Part shown: positions 9,295 through 18,700 of the stretch, in pieces
Layout: the number at the start of each line of letters is the position of its first letter
How positions within the stretch are numbered: the first letter of the stretch is position 1
NCBI GenBank assembly: GCA_038851325.1
Contig: JAWCKZ010000008.1
Span: forward strand, 1 to 40,646
Reading direction: 5' to 3'
DNA length: 40,646 nt
Source of the DNA: Candidatus Bilamarchaeaceae archaeon
Lineage (GTDB): Archaea > Micrarchaeota > Micrarchaeia > Anstonellales > Bilamarchaeaceae
Position numbers and translations under genes: made by a program
Notes under the pieces: generated by a model
Told to the model about the DNA's origin: nothing
Seen by the model: the letters and a program-made list of their open reading frames with translations, nothing else
Database searches by the model: none

Positions 9295-10611
9295 CTACGT
9301 TGTTATTAGCCACTTCCAAAGAGGGAGGAATTTGACCTTTTTACCGCTTATCTCCTCTTCCTCCTCGATATCTTCTGTTATCACAAATAGGTTGGCGCAT
9401 TTTAGTTCCTCGCTTGCCTTAAGCAGCGCAGCCAGTTCTCTCTTTCTAACCTTTGGCTGCCTGATATCATGGCATACCTGGATCAACAGCCTGACTGATA
9501 GATGATCCTTGACAACAAAATCCACCTCATTGCCGGATTTATCCTTCCAATAAAAAAGATTTTCCTTGCCGTGACGCCTTATCAGATTAATAGCGACCGT
9601 ATTCTCGTAAAGCTTCCCCAAATTTTCAGAAAACCTCAGCGAGATGGCGTTAATCAAACCTGCGTCAATGCAATACGCCTTCCTGGGATATTGCATAACG
9701 TCCTTTACCTTGTATGAGAATATCGGCACAAAGAAAAAGAGGAATGTTTCTTCGAAATAATGGAGATAATCGTTAATTGTAGATGGGGAAAGCTTTATTC
9801 GCGCCACTGTTTCCATCAGATTTGAAAGCTTTGTCACGCTTACCGGCGAGGAAAAGTTGTTGAGGAGGACCACAGCAAGCTTTTTTACCTCTGTTTCCCT
9901 CAGCTTGTATCTTATTATTATGTCCTTTGTCAGTATATCATCAAACAATTCTTTCAGGTAGATCGTTTTCTTGTCTTTTTCGGCAAGAACGATCAGAGGG
10001 AACCCTCCATACTCAAGATACTCGTTCAGAAGAAAAGAGAGGGAGTGATATGATTCGTATTTCTTAATCTCATGCTTCCTGAATTTCAGGAATGCGGTAA
10101 AGTCAAGGGGAAAGATGGGGACTGTTACTTCCCGCCCGGTAAGAAGAGTGGCAAGTTCGCCCTTGGATAGCTTGGAGCTTGAACCGGTAATTATTATCTT
10201 GACATTCTCTTTTTTGTCAAGCATCACCCGGACCCATTTCTCCCAGTTTTTGACATTGTGCACCTCGTCCAGCACGATGTAGGCCATTTCATCCTTGTTC
10301 AAAAAATAACGGTATGCACTGTATATTGCCGTAAGGGATTCTGTGTTCAGATAGGGCTCAAGCGAGGGATCCTCGAAATTTATATAAAGTGTTTGCTCTC
10401 TCTTTATGCCGCCATCTATCTTTTTTTTCAGCAGCTGTTTGGCAAGATAGGTTTTGCCTGCCCTTCGGATGCCGGTTATCACTAGGCAAAAATCCTTATC
10501 TTCTGCAAACCTCAGGAGATAAGCAAGCTCGCTCCTCTGAATCCCCACGTCTTGCTCCTTATACCAAAAGTTGAACTCCTCTATCTTTGACAATAGGTCC
10601 TTTTCAATCAT
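9295..10611 (-). CDS. AAA_14 ATPase with C-terminal DUF4143 PD-(D/E)xK-like domain (COG1373)
   Basis: Walker A GIRRAGKT, Walker B VLDEVH, TGSSS, LTGR, YGGFP, YCIDAG, LYEN, EVDFV and LIQV motifs. Confidence 0.92.
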   Translation of the reverse strand: MIEKDLLSKIEEFNFWYKEQDVGIQRSELAYLLRFAEDKDFCLVITGIRRAGKTYLAKQLLKKKIDGGIKREQTLYINFEDPSLEPYLNTESLTAIYSAYRYFLNKDEMAYIVLDEVHNVKNWEKWVRVMLDKKENVKIIITGSSSKLSKGELATLLTGREVTVPIFPLDFTAFLKFRKHEIKKYESYHSLSFLLNEYLEYGGFPLIVLAEKDKKTIYLKELFDDILTKDIIIRYKLRETEVKKLAVVLLNNFSSPVSVTKLSNLMETVARIKLSPSTINDYLHYFEETFLFFFVPIFSYKVKDVMQYPRKAYCIDAGLINAISLRFSENLGKLYENTVAINLIRRHGKENLFYWKDKSGNEVDFVVKDHLSVRLLIQVCHDIRQPKVRKRELAALLKASEELKCANLFVITEDIEEEEEISGKKVKFLPLWKWLITT

Positions 10612-10696
10612 ACACTATACTATATGATTTAGCCTTATAAATCTTTCGGTATGGTGTATGATTCTGTTGCAAAATTATGCCATGGAATGCGAAATA

Positions 10697-10758
10697 AGAC
10701 TGCTGAACAAGACTGCATGCCGAGCGCCCATAAGTAAACATAATGTTTGTAACATCTC
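10697..10758 (+). mobile_element. Short MITE-like element, copy 2
   Basis: Direct-orientation twin of 9117-9178; ends AGACTGCTGAAC ... TTTGTAACATCTC. Confidence 0.6.
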
Positions 10759-10806
10759 ACACAACTTAAGCAAATCTTTTTAATCCTTTTTAACATAAAT
10801 TATAAC

Positions 10807-11916
10807 ATGAATAATTGTGGAGAAGAGCTATACAAAAGGATAAGAACAATACTTTTATTTCGAAAAATAGATGAAGTTGTCGCTATCGGGAAGCCTGCTG
10901 TTCCTGCTTTAATAGATGCTTTGAAGGATAAGAATGAGGATGTGCGATATAGGGCTGCTTGGGCGCTTGGGAAGATTGGTTTTGATAAGATTCCTATAGA
11001 GAGTAAGGTGCTTGCTCTTCTGATTCTTGGAGAAATAGATAAAGTTGTCGCTATTGGGAAGCCTGTTGTTCCTGTATTGATAGATGCTTTGAAGGATAAG
11101 AATGAGGATGTGCGAGAGAAGGCTGCTGAGGCGCTTGGGAAGATTGCTGAAAAAGGAGGAGATTGTTCTGCTGCTGTTCCTGCATTGATAGATGCTTTGA
11201 AGGATAAGAATGAGGATGTGCGAAAGAGGGCTGCTGAGGCGCTTGTAAAAATAGGGAAGCCTGCTGTTCCTGCATTGATAGATGCTTTGAAGGATAAGAA
11301 TTGGGATGTGCGAAAGGGGGCTGCTGAGGCGCTTGGGAAGATTGCTGAAAAAGGAGGAGATTGTTCTGCTGCTGTTCCTGTATTGATAAATGCTTTGAAG
11401 GATGAGGATTGGAATGTGCGAAAGGGGGCTGCTGAGGCGCTTGGGAAGATTGGTTTTGATAAGATTCCTATAGAGAGTAAGGTACTTGCTCTTCTGATTC
11501 TTGGAAAAACAGATGAAGTTGTCGCTATTGGGAAGCCTGCTGTTCCTGCATTGATAGATGCTTTGAAGGATAAGAATGTGCGAAAGGGGGCTGCTAAGGC
11601 GCTTGGGAAGATTGCTGAGAAAACAGCAGATAAAGGAGATCATATTTCTGCGCTTAAAATAATAAAGGATTTCACTGCTGCAATCATGAGGTATTGTGAG
11701 GAAAAATACCGCAGAGCAAAGAGGGAAGAGCGTTACAGCCTGCTGAAGGAAAGGGGAGAAATGCTGAAACCGCTTTCCATGCTTACGGACAAGATAGCAA
11801 AGACGCAGCTTCCTAATCCTTTGAATGAGAAGGAGCCGATGAAATGGAAACTGCCTAAAACAATGGATAGCGAGTGCAAAGGAAAGAATCTGAGATTACC
11901 CTTGAACAAAAAGTAA
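10807..11916 (+). CDS. HEAT/PBS-lyase repeat protein
   Basis: Six repeats of AVPALIDALKDKNEDVR..AAEALGKI, nearly identical at DNA level. Confidence 0.92.
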   Translation: MNNCGEELYKRIRTILLFRKIDEVVAIGKPAVPALIDALKDKNEDVRYRAAWALGKIGFDKIPIESKVLALLILGEIDKVVAIGKPVVPVLIDALKDKNEDVREKAAEALGKIAEKGGDCSAAVPALIDALKDKNEDVRKRAAEALVKIGKPAVPALIDALKDKNWDVRKGAAEALGKIAEKGGDCSAAVPVLINALKDEDWNVRKGAAEALGKIGFDKIPIESKVLALLILGKTDEVVAIGKPAVPALIDALKDKNVRKGAAKALGKIAEKTADKGDHISALKIIKDFTAAIMRYCEEKYRRAKREERYSLLKERGEMLKPLSMLTDKIAKTQLPNPLNEKEPMKWKLPKTMDSECKGKNLRLPLNKK

Positions 11917-12147
11917 GGCACTACGAATCCTTTAAACCTTGCCTTATCACTTCGTCAGGCAGATGCTTGCATAAGCCGTGACGCGTTGCTAATAGCTTCT
12001 ACGGTCTTATTTTCAATTTTTACGCAATTATTGAAATAGGATGCGAAATAGAGTTGCAAGTCAACTTAAGACGCAAGCACTTTCGCTATGAAAGATAGCC
12101 AGGTTTAGGGCTCGTAGCCGGCCTGAATGCACTGGCAGACCTCTATA

Positions 12148-12247
12148 AGCCTGTTGCAAATTGCATCGAAAACTACTTCACGATAATTTCGTAATTCTTT
12201 CTGAATAGAATGCCACCTATGAGAAGCATAAGAAAGTTGCAACTCTC
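12148..12247 (+). mobile_element. MITE-like element, copy 3
   Basis: Left end AAGCCTGTTGCAAATTGC; right end CCTATGAGAAGCATAAGAAAGTTGCAACTCTC resembles family consensus. Confidence 0.5.
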
Positions 12248-12259
12248 GAAAAGCTTCTC

Positions 12260-12895
12260 GTGGGTGACAACATGAAATCCCATGCAATGTTATTAAAGTT
12301 AGCGAAAGCCATCAATTTTGGCTTCTTGGACGAGAAAGACAGATCTTCTTTGTCAACCATAAGCAGGGCAAGAAAAAGAATAGACCTCTCTGAGATATTT
12401 TATCATCTAGTTTCAGAGGCAAAAAGACTAGGACTTTCAAAAGGTTTTATCCTTGCTGTCGACTCGACACAGTTTGAGGCTTATCTGAAGGGAGACAAGG
12501 ATGCAAGGATCGGATATTGCGCAGCAAAGAAGGAGCGGATTTTTGGATACAAAGCGCGCATCATCTGTGATGCGGAATCAGAGTTGCCGGTAGCCGTTGT
12601 TGTCACTCCTGCCAATGACCGCGATCCAAAGCAATTTCTTCCTCTTATGAAGAGGGTTTTCAGAAACTTCACCTATGAGATAAAGAATTGCTTGCGGATT
12701 AGAAATTGCTTGCGGATTCCGGCTACGATGCTGCATACATAAGAAAATTTCTGAGAGAGCACAATATAATTGACATAATAGACAGGAACAAAAGAACAGG
12801 AGGGGCTTTGGAAAAACAAAAGACAACGACTACAGAAAGAGGTCTGCCATCGAAAGATTGAATTCACGAGCCAAAGATTCAAGAGAGCAATTTTA
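12260..12895 (+). pseudogene. DDE transposase pseudogene (IS5/IS4/IS1182-like, DDE_Tnp_1)
   Basis: AVDST, DKDARIG, FGYK, TPAND; after a short duplication/frameshift LLADSGYD and later SAIERLNSRAK. Confidence 0.8.
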
Positions 12896-12898
12896 AGT

Positions 12899-13588
12899 TT
12901 ATAGGTACCTAAATGTCTCCATAGATTCTTTTGCTTTTTGCACTTTCTCTTCAACCGGTGTTGTTTTGTCAAATAAGTCCGATATGAATCGGCGCATTAT
13001 TATTGCTATTGAAAGATCCTCATTCTTTTCAAGAGCGATATCAACCATCTCGGTCAATATTTTCTTTTCCTCTTCGGAAAGTTCGGTATTGGTTTTCAGG
13101 TCCTCTCTCGCCTGCTTAGCAAACTCCTTTATCTTCTTTTCGCGCCATGCTTTAAGCGCGCTTATGGAGTAGTTGAGCCAATCTTCACCGAAGTGGCCTT
13201 CAACATAGCTCATAGCTATGACGCGCGTATATTCAAAATCCCATGCGTCCTCTTTATCCGCACTGGAATAAAGCTCTAGGAGTAAATTCTTTTTGTCTTC
13301 TGGAATCTTGGCTGCGTTTATTTTTTCCTTTTCCTTTTCAAAATTAGCAATCTTCTTATCCTTATCTTCTTTTAGTGCCCTTGCTATCCAGCCAACTTCT
13401 TCATCATTTTCCTTACCTCGATATCTAGAAAAAATAAGGTAATGGTCTTTCAACGCTGCTGCTGCAAAAATTGCTGAGTTGTTTCTCGTAGTTAATTCTT
13501 TAAATGTTTCCTTTTCTGGTTTTGGATCGTCACCTTTGGGATCGTTACCTTTGCGCTTTTTCCTGAAACAATTAAACAAAGCAGTCAT
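12899..13588 (-). CDS. Hypothetical protein (charged, helical)
   Basis: 229-aa ORF with TTTATAAA TATA-like box upstream. Confidence 0.7.
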   Translation of the reverse strand: MTALFNCFRKKRKGNDPKGDDPKPEKETFKELTTRNNSAIFAAAALKDHYLIFSRYRGKENDEEVGWIARALKEDKDKKIANFEKEKEKINAAKIPEDKKNLLLELYSSADKEDAWDFEYTRVIAMSYVEGHFGEDWLNYSISALKAWREKKIKEFAKQAREDLKTNTELSEEEKKILTEMVDIALEKNEDLSIAIIMRRFISDLFDKTTPVEEKVQKAKESMETFRYL

Positions 13589-13866
13589 ACGAACACCGGC
13601 GCTATTGGTATAACCTCCTATTACAATTTATAGGCACAACCTTTTATAAAGCTTTTGAAAAGTTAATAAGCACAATACTACTTCTACATCTCGCAATTGA
13701 GCAACCAGATGGTTCTACAAAGCATGAAAAATTTATTATCAGATAATATTAATTCGGTTCTCTTAGCGCCCTTTCGTAGATTTTCCATCTTTCTACATAA
13801 GTAGAAGTTTAACCATTTTCACTGCAGTAAGCTTGTTACATCCTGAAGGCATGTTGGTATATTTTG

Positions 13867-16800
13867 TTACGGTGCGCCTCCCGCGACTGGAACCCCAAGC
13901 TGCTCGAGAATAGTTATGGTTTCTTTTTTAGGTATATTGTTGTTCTTTAAATAGTGAAACAGATCTTCAGGATTGCGCACCCATTTTATGTTTTTTTCCT
14001 TTATGTTGCCCAACACATTCAGCGTTTCGGCACTGAATCCCTTATCTGCAAGTATCTTGATTATCTTTGTAGGATCTGTATGGAGGAGAGTTACAAGATT
14101 TTTAATCATTTCATAGCTACTTTGAGGTATATCATAACCAATAACGGATTTCGCAATCATGTACAAGGTTGAATCTTTAGTGTCTCCCCTAAACGCCTTC
14201 ACTCTTTCTAACGCTATCCCATTTTCTTTTAACACAGGACTGGCAAGAAGCAATTCGTTCGCTTTCATTATTGCATTATCAAGTGCCTTCATCTCTGCTT
14301 CTGTAAGCGGTTTTGTAAATTTGAAAGCCACCGATAGAGGACCATGGTCGTATACAGAGACAGGAAGATTGTATTGTTTTACTTCCTTAATAATTGCTTC
14401 TTGATAAATCTTAGAAAATACATCGGTCACTGGATGCCCAAGTTGATTAAGAATACTTGGACCTACTATTCCATTGTCTACAGAGCTCACTCCTTTGCCG
14501 GTATAATTTGTCATTCTCCACAAAGCGTCCTTTGTTGGTTGCTTAAAATCTATGCGTACGCTAACAACCGCATCCAGTTTTGTCTCTTTAGGCAGCTCGC
14601 TCACTTTGGGTATCTCAACTTTCGGCATTTTGGCTTTTGGCAGTTCAAGGAACTGAAGCAGTAATGATACATCTTCAGTTTTTTCCATCGCCTTGAGCGT
14701 CTGTTTTGCTTCTTCCATGCTCATCATAGAATCCAGGTTTTCGAACGATTCTCCTACCTTTGTCCTGAATGAAATTTTTCTCTCCTTATTTATCTGCGCA
14801 AGTGCCTCAATCTTAATTGCTGAGAAATCAGTTATGGCCTCTGTAAGCATTTCGCCTTCCCTGAAACCCATCTCGGTTGCTATTGCCTTTACTTCATTTC
14901 TCAGAGCAGTAGCGTATTCCTCGATCTTGAGCACTTTTTCTCCTACGAATATAACCACCAGCTCGTCTCCCTCAGCAGAGGTCCTTACCACATTTACCCC
15001 AAATTTACTTTCTAAATTCTTCACTGCTTTGAAATATATGAAAAGCCCGAGGTTCCCAAACTCCTTGCCAATATTGTTAAGCATCCAGGTTTTTCCTTTA
15101 TCCAGCGCCAGAATTCTTATCTCGGCACTACTTTCTTCTCCTAGAACATATTCTTTGCCAAATATCTCTTTCAGTATCTTTTCAGAACCTTTGATCAAGT
15201 TGCTGAGGGTCTGAAACATCTCATCTTCTGTTTTGTATACTATCCCCCTCTCCTTTGTTCTTATTGCCTTTAGACTTTCCTCTATTTTCGTAGCGTTTTC
15301 GCTGTGCGTAATTGTATCATAGAAGTTCTCTGCGACAACCCCTTCTTTTTCCGAAATCCCATATTTTTTCATACTATTTGCATATCGCTCCTTATCACCA
15401 GGTGTTATCTTTTTAATGAGATCAATAATGACTGGCTTCTCGACTGGTTTTGGCGCTTTTTTTGCGCTTACAAAAAACATCAGCGGTCCGGGTACTACAA
15501 GAGGCACAGAAGTACCGCTTATCTTCATCTTGAGCGGCGCTGTTTTTACTCCAACCAACTCCTTTTCGGCGTACTTCCTACTAAACTCCAATCCTTTTTT
15601 TGCGAGCGTAATCACGTCTGGCAAGCCGAATTTTTTTCCTTGCTCGCTGACGAGCGTAGTCGCGAATTCTCCGGTTAATGCTCTATAGCTAGGAATCTTT
15701 TTGCCCATGGATGTGCTAATTGGTTTTCTTACCGTAGCGTAAAGAAGCGGCAGAGCAAACATGGAAAATGTTAGTGCAGCATCTTCGTATGCGCCGTTCT
15801 TTATCATCATCCAACCATCATAAACCCCCTTAGCAACAAGCGTTCCTCCTATTACGCTTTCTAAAGTAACAAGTGTTTCCTTGGCAATCTTCATTCCCAG
15901 TGTGGGTTCCTTAAGAGCAGTTCCAAGATTCTTCAAAATTGATGCATGTCTGAATGCAAGCACTGATGCAGTTAGCAGAAGTGCTGTGGAGAAAGATATC
16001 TTATCTTTTAGTTCGTATTCCTTTACCGCACCCTCAACCGCGGTTGCAATGAAGATTGAGGGGTGGATAAAACTTGCAGCCAATTTTAGCGCCGAATTTA
16101 TTCGCTCAGCATTCTGGATTTTCTTTGCCAGCGTAGCAGAATCCTTTGCGATTGCATTTTCGTATGCCGCGACAGTCGCGTGAGAGAGAGTTTCTTTCGT
16201 TTTCCCGTCAATCTTTGCTATATAGTGAGCAGCGAGCTGTTTCGTATTCCTTATGACATCCTGCTGAAGGCCAGTTTCTTTGGTTGCAAAAAGCTTGTCG
16301 CCTGTTGTGAGAACGGTACCAACCATATTGTAAAGAGTACTATTGAGCTTCCATACGTCCGCAATTGCCTTTGCTTTGGCGCACTCAACGTAAACTTTCA
16401 TCGAGGCTTGCTGGAAGAATGCGAACTTCTTCTCTGCTTCAGTGTAAGGAAGTCTTTCTAGGTCGAGCAGCGCAAGGGCTCCCGTCATGTTGTAGATCCC
16501 ATTTTCATACTCCCTCTTTGCCTTCTCCGACTCTGGCCCCTCCTTGATGTTGAACCTAAGGCTTTCGCGCATGTTGGCTATCGCCTTCTCAATAGATTCT
16601 ATCGCGGTTCCTTTTCGTACGGGTTCAACGTTGCTCATTTTCAAAGCATTTATAAGCTCCTTGTTAGATCTCACACTGCTCATAAGAAGCATACCAATAG
16701 ACGCAGTTGCGATGGTGCGTTTTTTGTTCTCGGAGAATGCCTCGATATCGGAGTAAAATTTAGCTGTCTTCTTCTCGTTCTCTTTTCCTAATTTATAATC

Positions 16801-17931
16801 TTTTTTAATGTTTTCAGATTCGTTAAGAAGTTTTGTAGCATCAGCACTAACCTTCTCAAGTTTGGCGATTATCCCCTTTGCTTCTTCCGGGAACTCGCTT
16901 AAGAAGGGCGTCAGCAGCTTTTTATAGCTTTCCATAACCTCTGGCGTTGCCTTTAGATCTTTCTGTATCTCATCCATATTTCTAAGCAAACCATTCGCTG
17001 CATGCTCCTCGATCTTTTTTCCAAGTTCGCTTAGCCTTTTGAATGCTATGTTTACCTTCCTGTTATCCAAGGCTTCCTTTGTCTCCTTCAGCATCTTCTC
17101 TGCTTCGGCGCTTTTTCCATAAACATCTGAGGTAATATTGTAACTGCTTTCAAGGCTAGCGTATCGGTCCCAGAGCTGCTTGATGATTATCGTCACGTTG
17201 TAATCCTTAAGCCCTTTCTGGAATAGTTTTTCTGCTTTTTCGAAATCCTCTACCAACGAGGCTTTAATTGCGTTCTCAGCTGCCCCCCTACCCTCATTTC
17301 CCCTAATTCCCTTTTTTAGTATCGTTTCAGTGTAAAAGGTAAGATAGGCCAGAACTTTGTCACCTTCCTCCATTTTACCCTCAGAATAGAATTTCCTCGC
17401 GCCTTCAATAGCCGTGAGAACGAGCTTCCTGGTACTTTCTTTCCACTTCGGGCTTTGGGCTCTCTCGGCAAAAAAATCAAGCTTTTCCGCCCTTGAAGCG
17501 TTGACTATATCGTTAACGACAACCGATATCGTAAGATAGGCTTCTTTCCTATCTTCTTCAGTTAGTCCTGCCTTTGTGCGTTCGATAAAATTTTTCACAT
17601 ATTCTTCAAAATTGACCTTCCATTCTTTGGCATATTTGTCTTTCAGTTCGCTTGCTTGCGTTAGTAGTTCTGCCATCCCAAGCGCAAGGGTAGCGTCATC
17701 AAAATTTTTCTTGTTGATAAATCCCTCTGCAGCGTTACCAAGTGCTGCAATAGTTCCGTTCTTGCTTTTCTGAAATTGTATTGCGGCAAGCTTGAGCGAT
17801 TCTATTCGCGTCTTCTCTTTCATCTTGTCTAGGTTGTCATTTGCGTTCTTTGTTGCGGTTTCCGCAGTGAGTTCTATCTTTGGTATGAAATGATGAACTG
17901 GTTCGGTTGGTTCTACTTTTTTCAGCACCAT
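13867..17931 (-). CDS. Large protein: helical N-terminus, central hydrophobic segment, C-terminal tandem GGDEF-like domains
   Basis: 1354-aa ORF; ILALD..MLNNIGKEFGN...VVRTSAEGDELVVIF and a second LNQLGHPVTD motif. Confidence 0.75.
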   Translation of the reverse strand: MVLKKVEPTEPVHHFIPKIELTAETATKNANDNLDKMKEKTRIESLKLAAIQFQKSKNGTIAALGNAAEGFINKKNFDDATLALGMAELLTQASELKDKYAKEWKVNFEEYVKNFIERTKAGLTEEDRKEAYLTISVVVNDIVNASRAEKLDFFAERAQSPKWKESTRKLVLTAIEGARKFYSEGKMEEGDKVLAYLTFYTETILKKGIRGNEGRGAAENAIKASLVEDFEKAEKLFQKGLKDYNVTIIIKQLWDRYASLESSYNITSDVYGKSAEAEKMLKETKEALDNRKVNIAFKRLSELGKKIEEHAANGLLRNMDEIQKDLKATPEVMESYKKLLTPFLSEFPEEAKGIIAKLEKVSADATKLLNESENIKKDYKLGKENEKKTAKFYSDIEAFSENKKRTIATASIGMLLMSSVRSNKELINALKMSNVEPVRKGTAIESIEKAIANMRESLRFNIKEGPESEKAKREYENGIYNMTGALALLDLERLPYTEAEKKFAFFQQASMKVYVECAKAKAIADVWKLNSTLYNMVGTVLTTGDKLFATKETGLQQDVIRNTKQLAAHYIAKIDGKTKETLSHATVAAYENAIAKDSATLAKKIQNAERINSALKLAASFIHPSIFIATAVEGAVKEYELKDKISFSTALLLTASVLAFRHASILKNLGTALKEPTLGMKIAKETLVTLESVIGGTLVAKGVYDGWMMIKNGAYEDAALTFSMFALPLLYATVRKPISTSMGKKIPSYRALTGEFATTLVSEQGKKFGLPDVITLAKKGLEFSRKYAEKELVGVKTAPLKMKISGTSVPLVVPGPLMFFVSAKKAPKPVEKPVIIDLIKKITPGDKERYANSMKKYGISEKEGVVAENFYDTITHSENATKIEESLKAIRTKERGIVYKTEDEMFQTLSNLIKGSEKILKEIFGKEYVLGEESSAEIRILALDKGKTWMLNNIGKEFGNLGLFIYFKAVKNLESKFGVNVVRTSAEGDELVVIFVGEKVLKIEEYATALRNEVKAIATEMGFREGEMLTEAITDFSAIKIEALAQINKERKISFRTKVGESFENLDSMMSMEEAKQTLKAMEKTEDVSLLLQFLELPKAKMPKVEIPKVSELPKETKLDAVVSVRIDFKQPTKDALWRMTNYTGKGVSSVDNGIVGPSILNQLGHPVTDVFSKIYQEAIIKEVKQYNLPVSVYDHGPLSVAFKFTKPLTEAEMKALDNAIMKANELLLASPVLKENGIALERVKAFRGDTKDSTLYMIAKSVIGYDIPQSSYEMIKNLVTLLHTDPTKIIKILADKGFSAETLNVLGNIKEKNIKWVRNPEDLFHYLKNNNIPKKETITILEQLGVPVAGGAP

Positions 17932-17940
17932 TGGCCATCA

Positions 17941-18207
17941 CTACTTAAGCTGTGTACACAGTTCATAGAAAACACCAAGACGCTCTGCCATCAGCTCTAC
18001 GTCACTGGTCGGCCCGCCGTAACGCTCCTTCCAATATTCAAGTGCTCTTTTCCACTCGATAAGACGTTTTATGTTGGGCGGGATTTTCCTTTCCTTCAGT
18101 TTCGGCGCATTGAGCTTGAGAGCGATGTTTATTCTCTTGAGCGTTTCGTCCACGCGCGCTGCAGCTTCGCGGTCAAGAGCGATTATTCTGTCATCGAGCT
18201 CTACCAT
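17941..18207 (-). CDS. Small hypothetical protein
   Basis: GGGTGA RBS; ends 10 bp before the 1354-aa gene, likely the same operon. Confidence 0.7.
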   Translation of the reverse strand: MVELDDRIIALDREAAARVDETLKRINIALKLNAPKLKERKIPPNIKRLIEWKRALEYWKERYGGPTSDVELMAERLGVFYELCTQLK

Positions 18208-18337
18208 GCTGTCACCCATTATATCTATCTCTTTGGTTCGATTTTAAACATTTTCCTTAACCGCTGAGTATATCTGGTTTTGACCAATCTCGATCTCGTG
18301 CATAATTTTTAAACAAATTGGTAAATAAAGATGCGAT

Positions 18338-18700
18338 ATGGATAAGTATGAGAAGATAATACAACTCTATAAACATCCGATAAACTTTGGGAACGTAGAG
18401 GGGCAAACGCATTTTGGAAGCGCATCGAATAGAATCTGCGGAGACAACATAAAAATAGAATTAAAGGTTGAAGAAGGGAAGATAAAAAAGGCCGGGTTTA
18501 CTGGTGTTGGATGCGCGCTTTCAATAGCAGGCGCATCCCTCTTAACAGAAAAACTAAAAGGAATGGAACTTGATAAGGCAGCAAAGATTGATGATGACAC
18601 AATGCTCGCTCTTTTCGGACTAGGACCAGACATAAAAGGAAATAGAAAGAGGTGCGCACTCCTTTCGCTCGTTGCGCTACGAAAAGCCTTGGGGATCTGA
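18338..18700 (+). CDS. iscU: Fe-S cluster scaffold, IscU/SufU family
   Basis: HPINFG, NRICGD, GCALS and RKRCA motifs (three conserved Cys). Confidence 0.9.
   Translation: MDKYEKIIQLYKHPINFGNVEGQTHFGSASNRICGDNIKIELKVEEGKIKKAGFTGVGCALSIAGASLLTEKLKGMELDKAAKIDDDTMLALFGLGPDIKGNRKRCALLSLVALRKALGI

Noticed and set aside
9121..10742. 42-bp repeats as a CRISPR array or tRNA-derived att sites
   Set aside because: Only two copies 1.58 kb apart, no spacers or cas genes, and no match to either tRNA in the window
10860..11620. Regular DNA repeats as CRISPR, and the antisense 244-aa ORF 10909-11643
   Set aside because: The repeats are in-frame HEAT units; the antisense ORF is their shadow
11930..11995. 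Further attC-like site after the HEAT gene (GCCTTAT...ATAAGCC...GTTG)
   Set aside because: Too degenerate to support
12899..13588. Immunity gene for the 1354-aa protein
   Set aside because: It is ~280 bp away with its own TATA-like box and has no supporting motif
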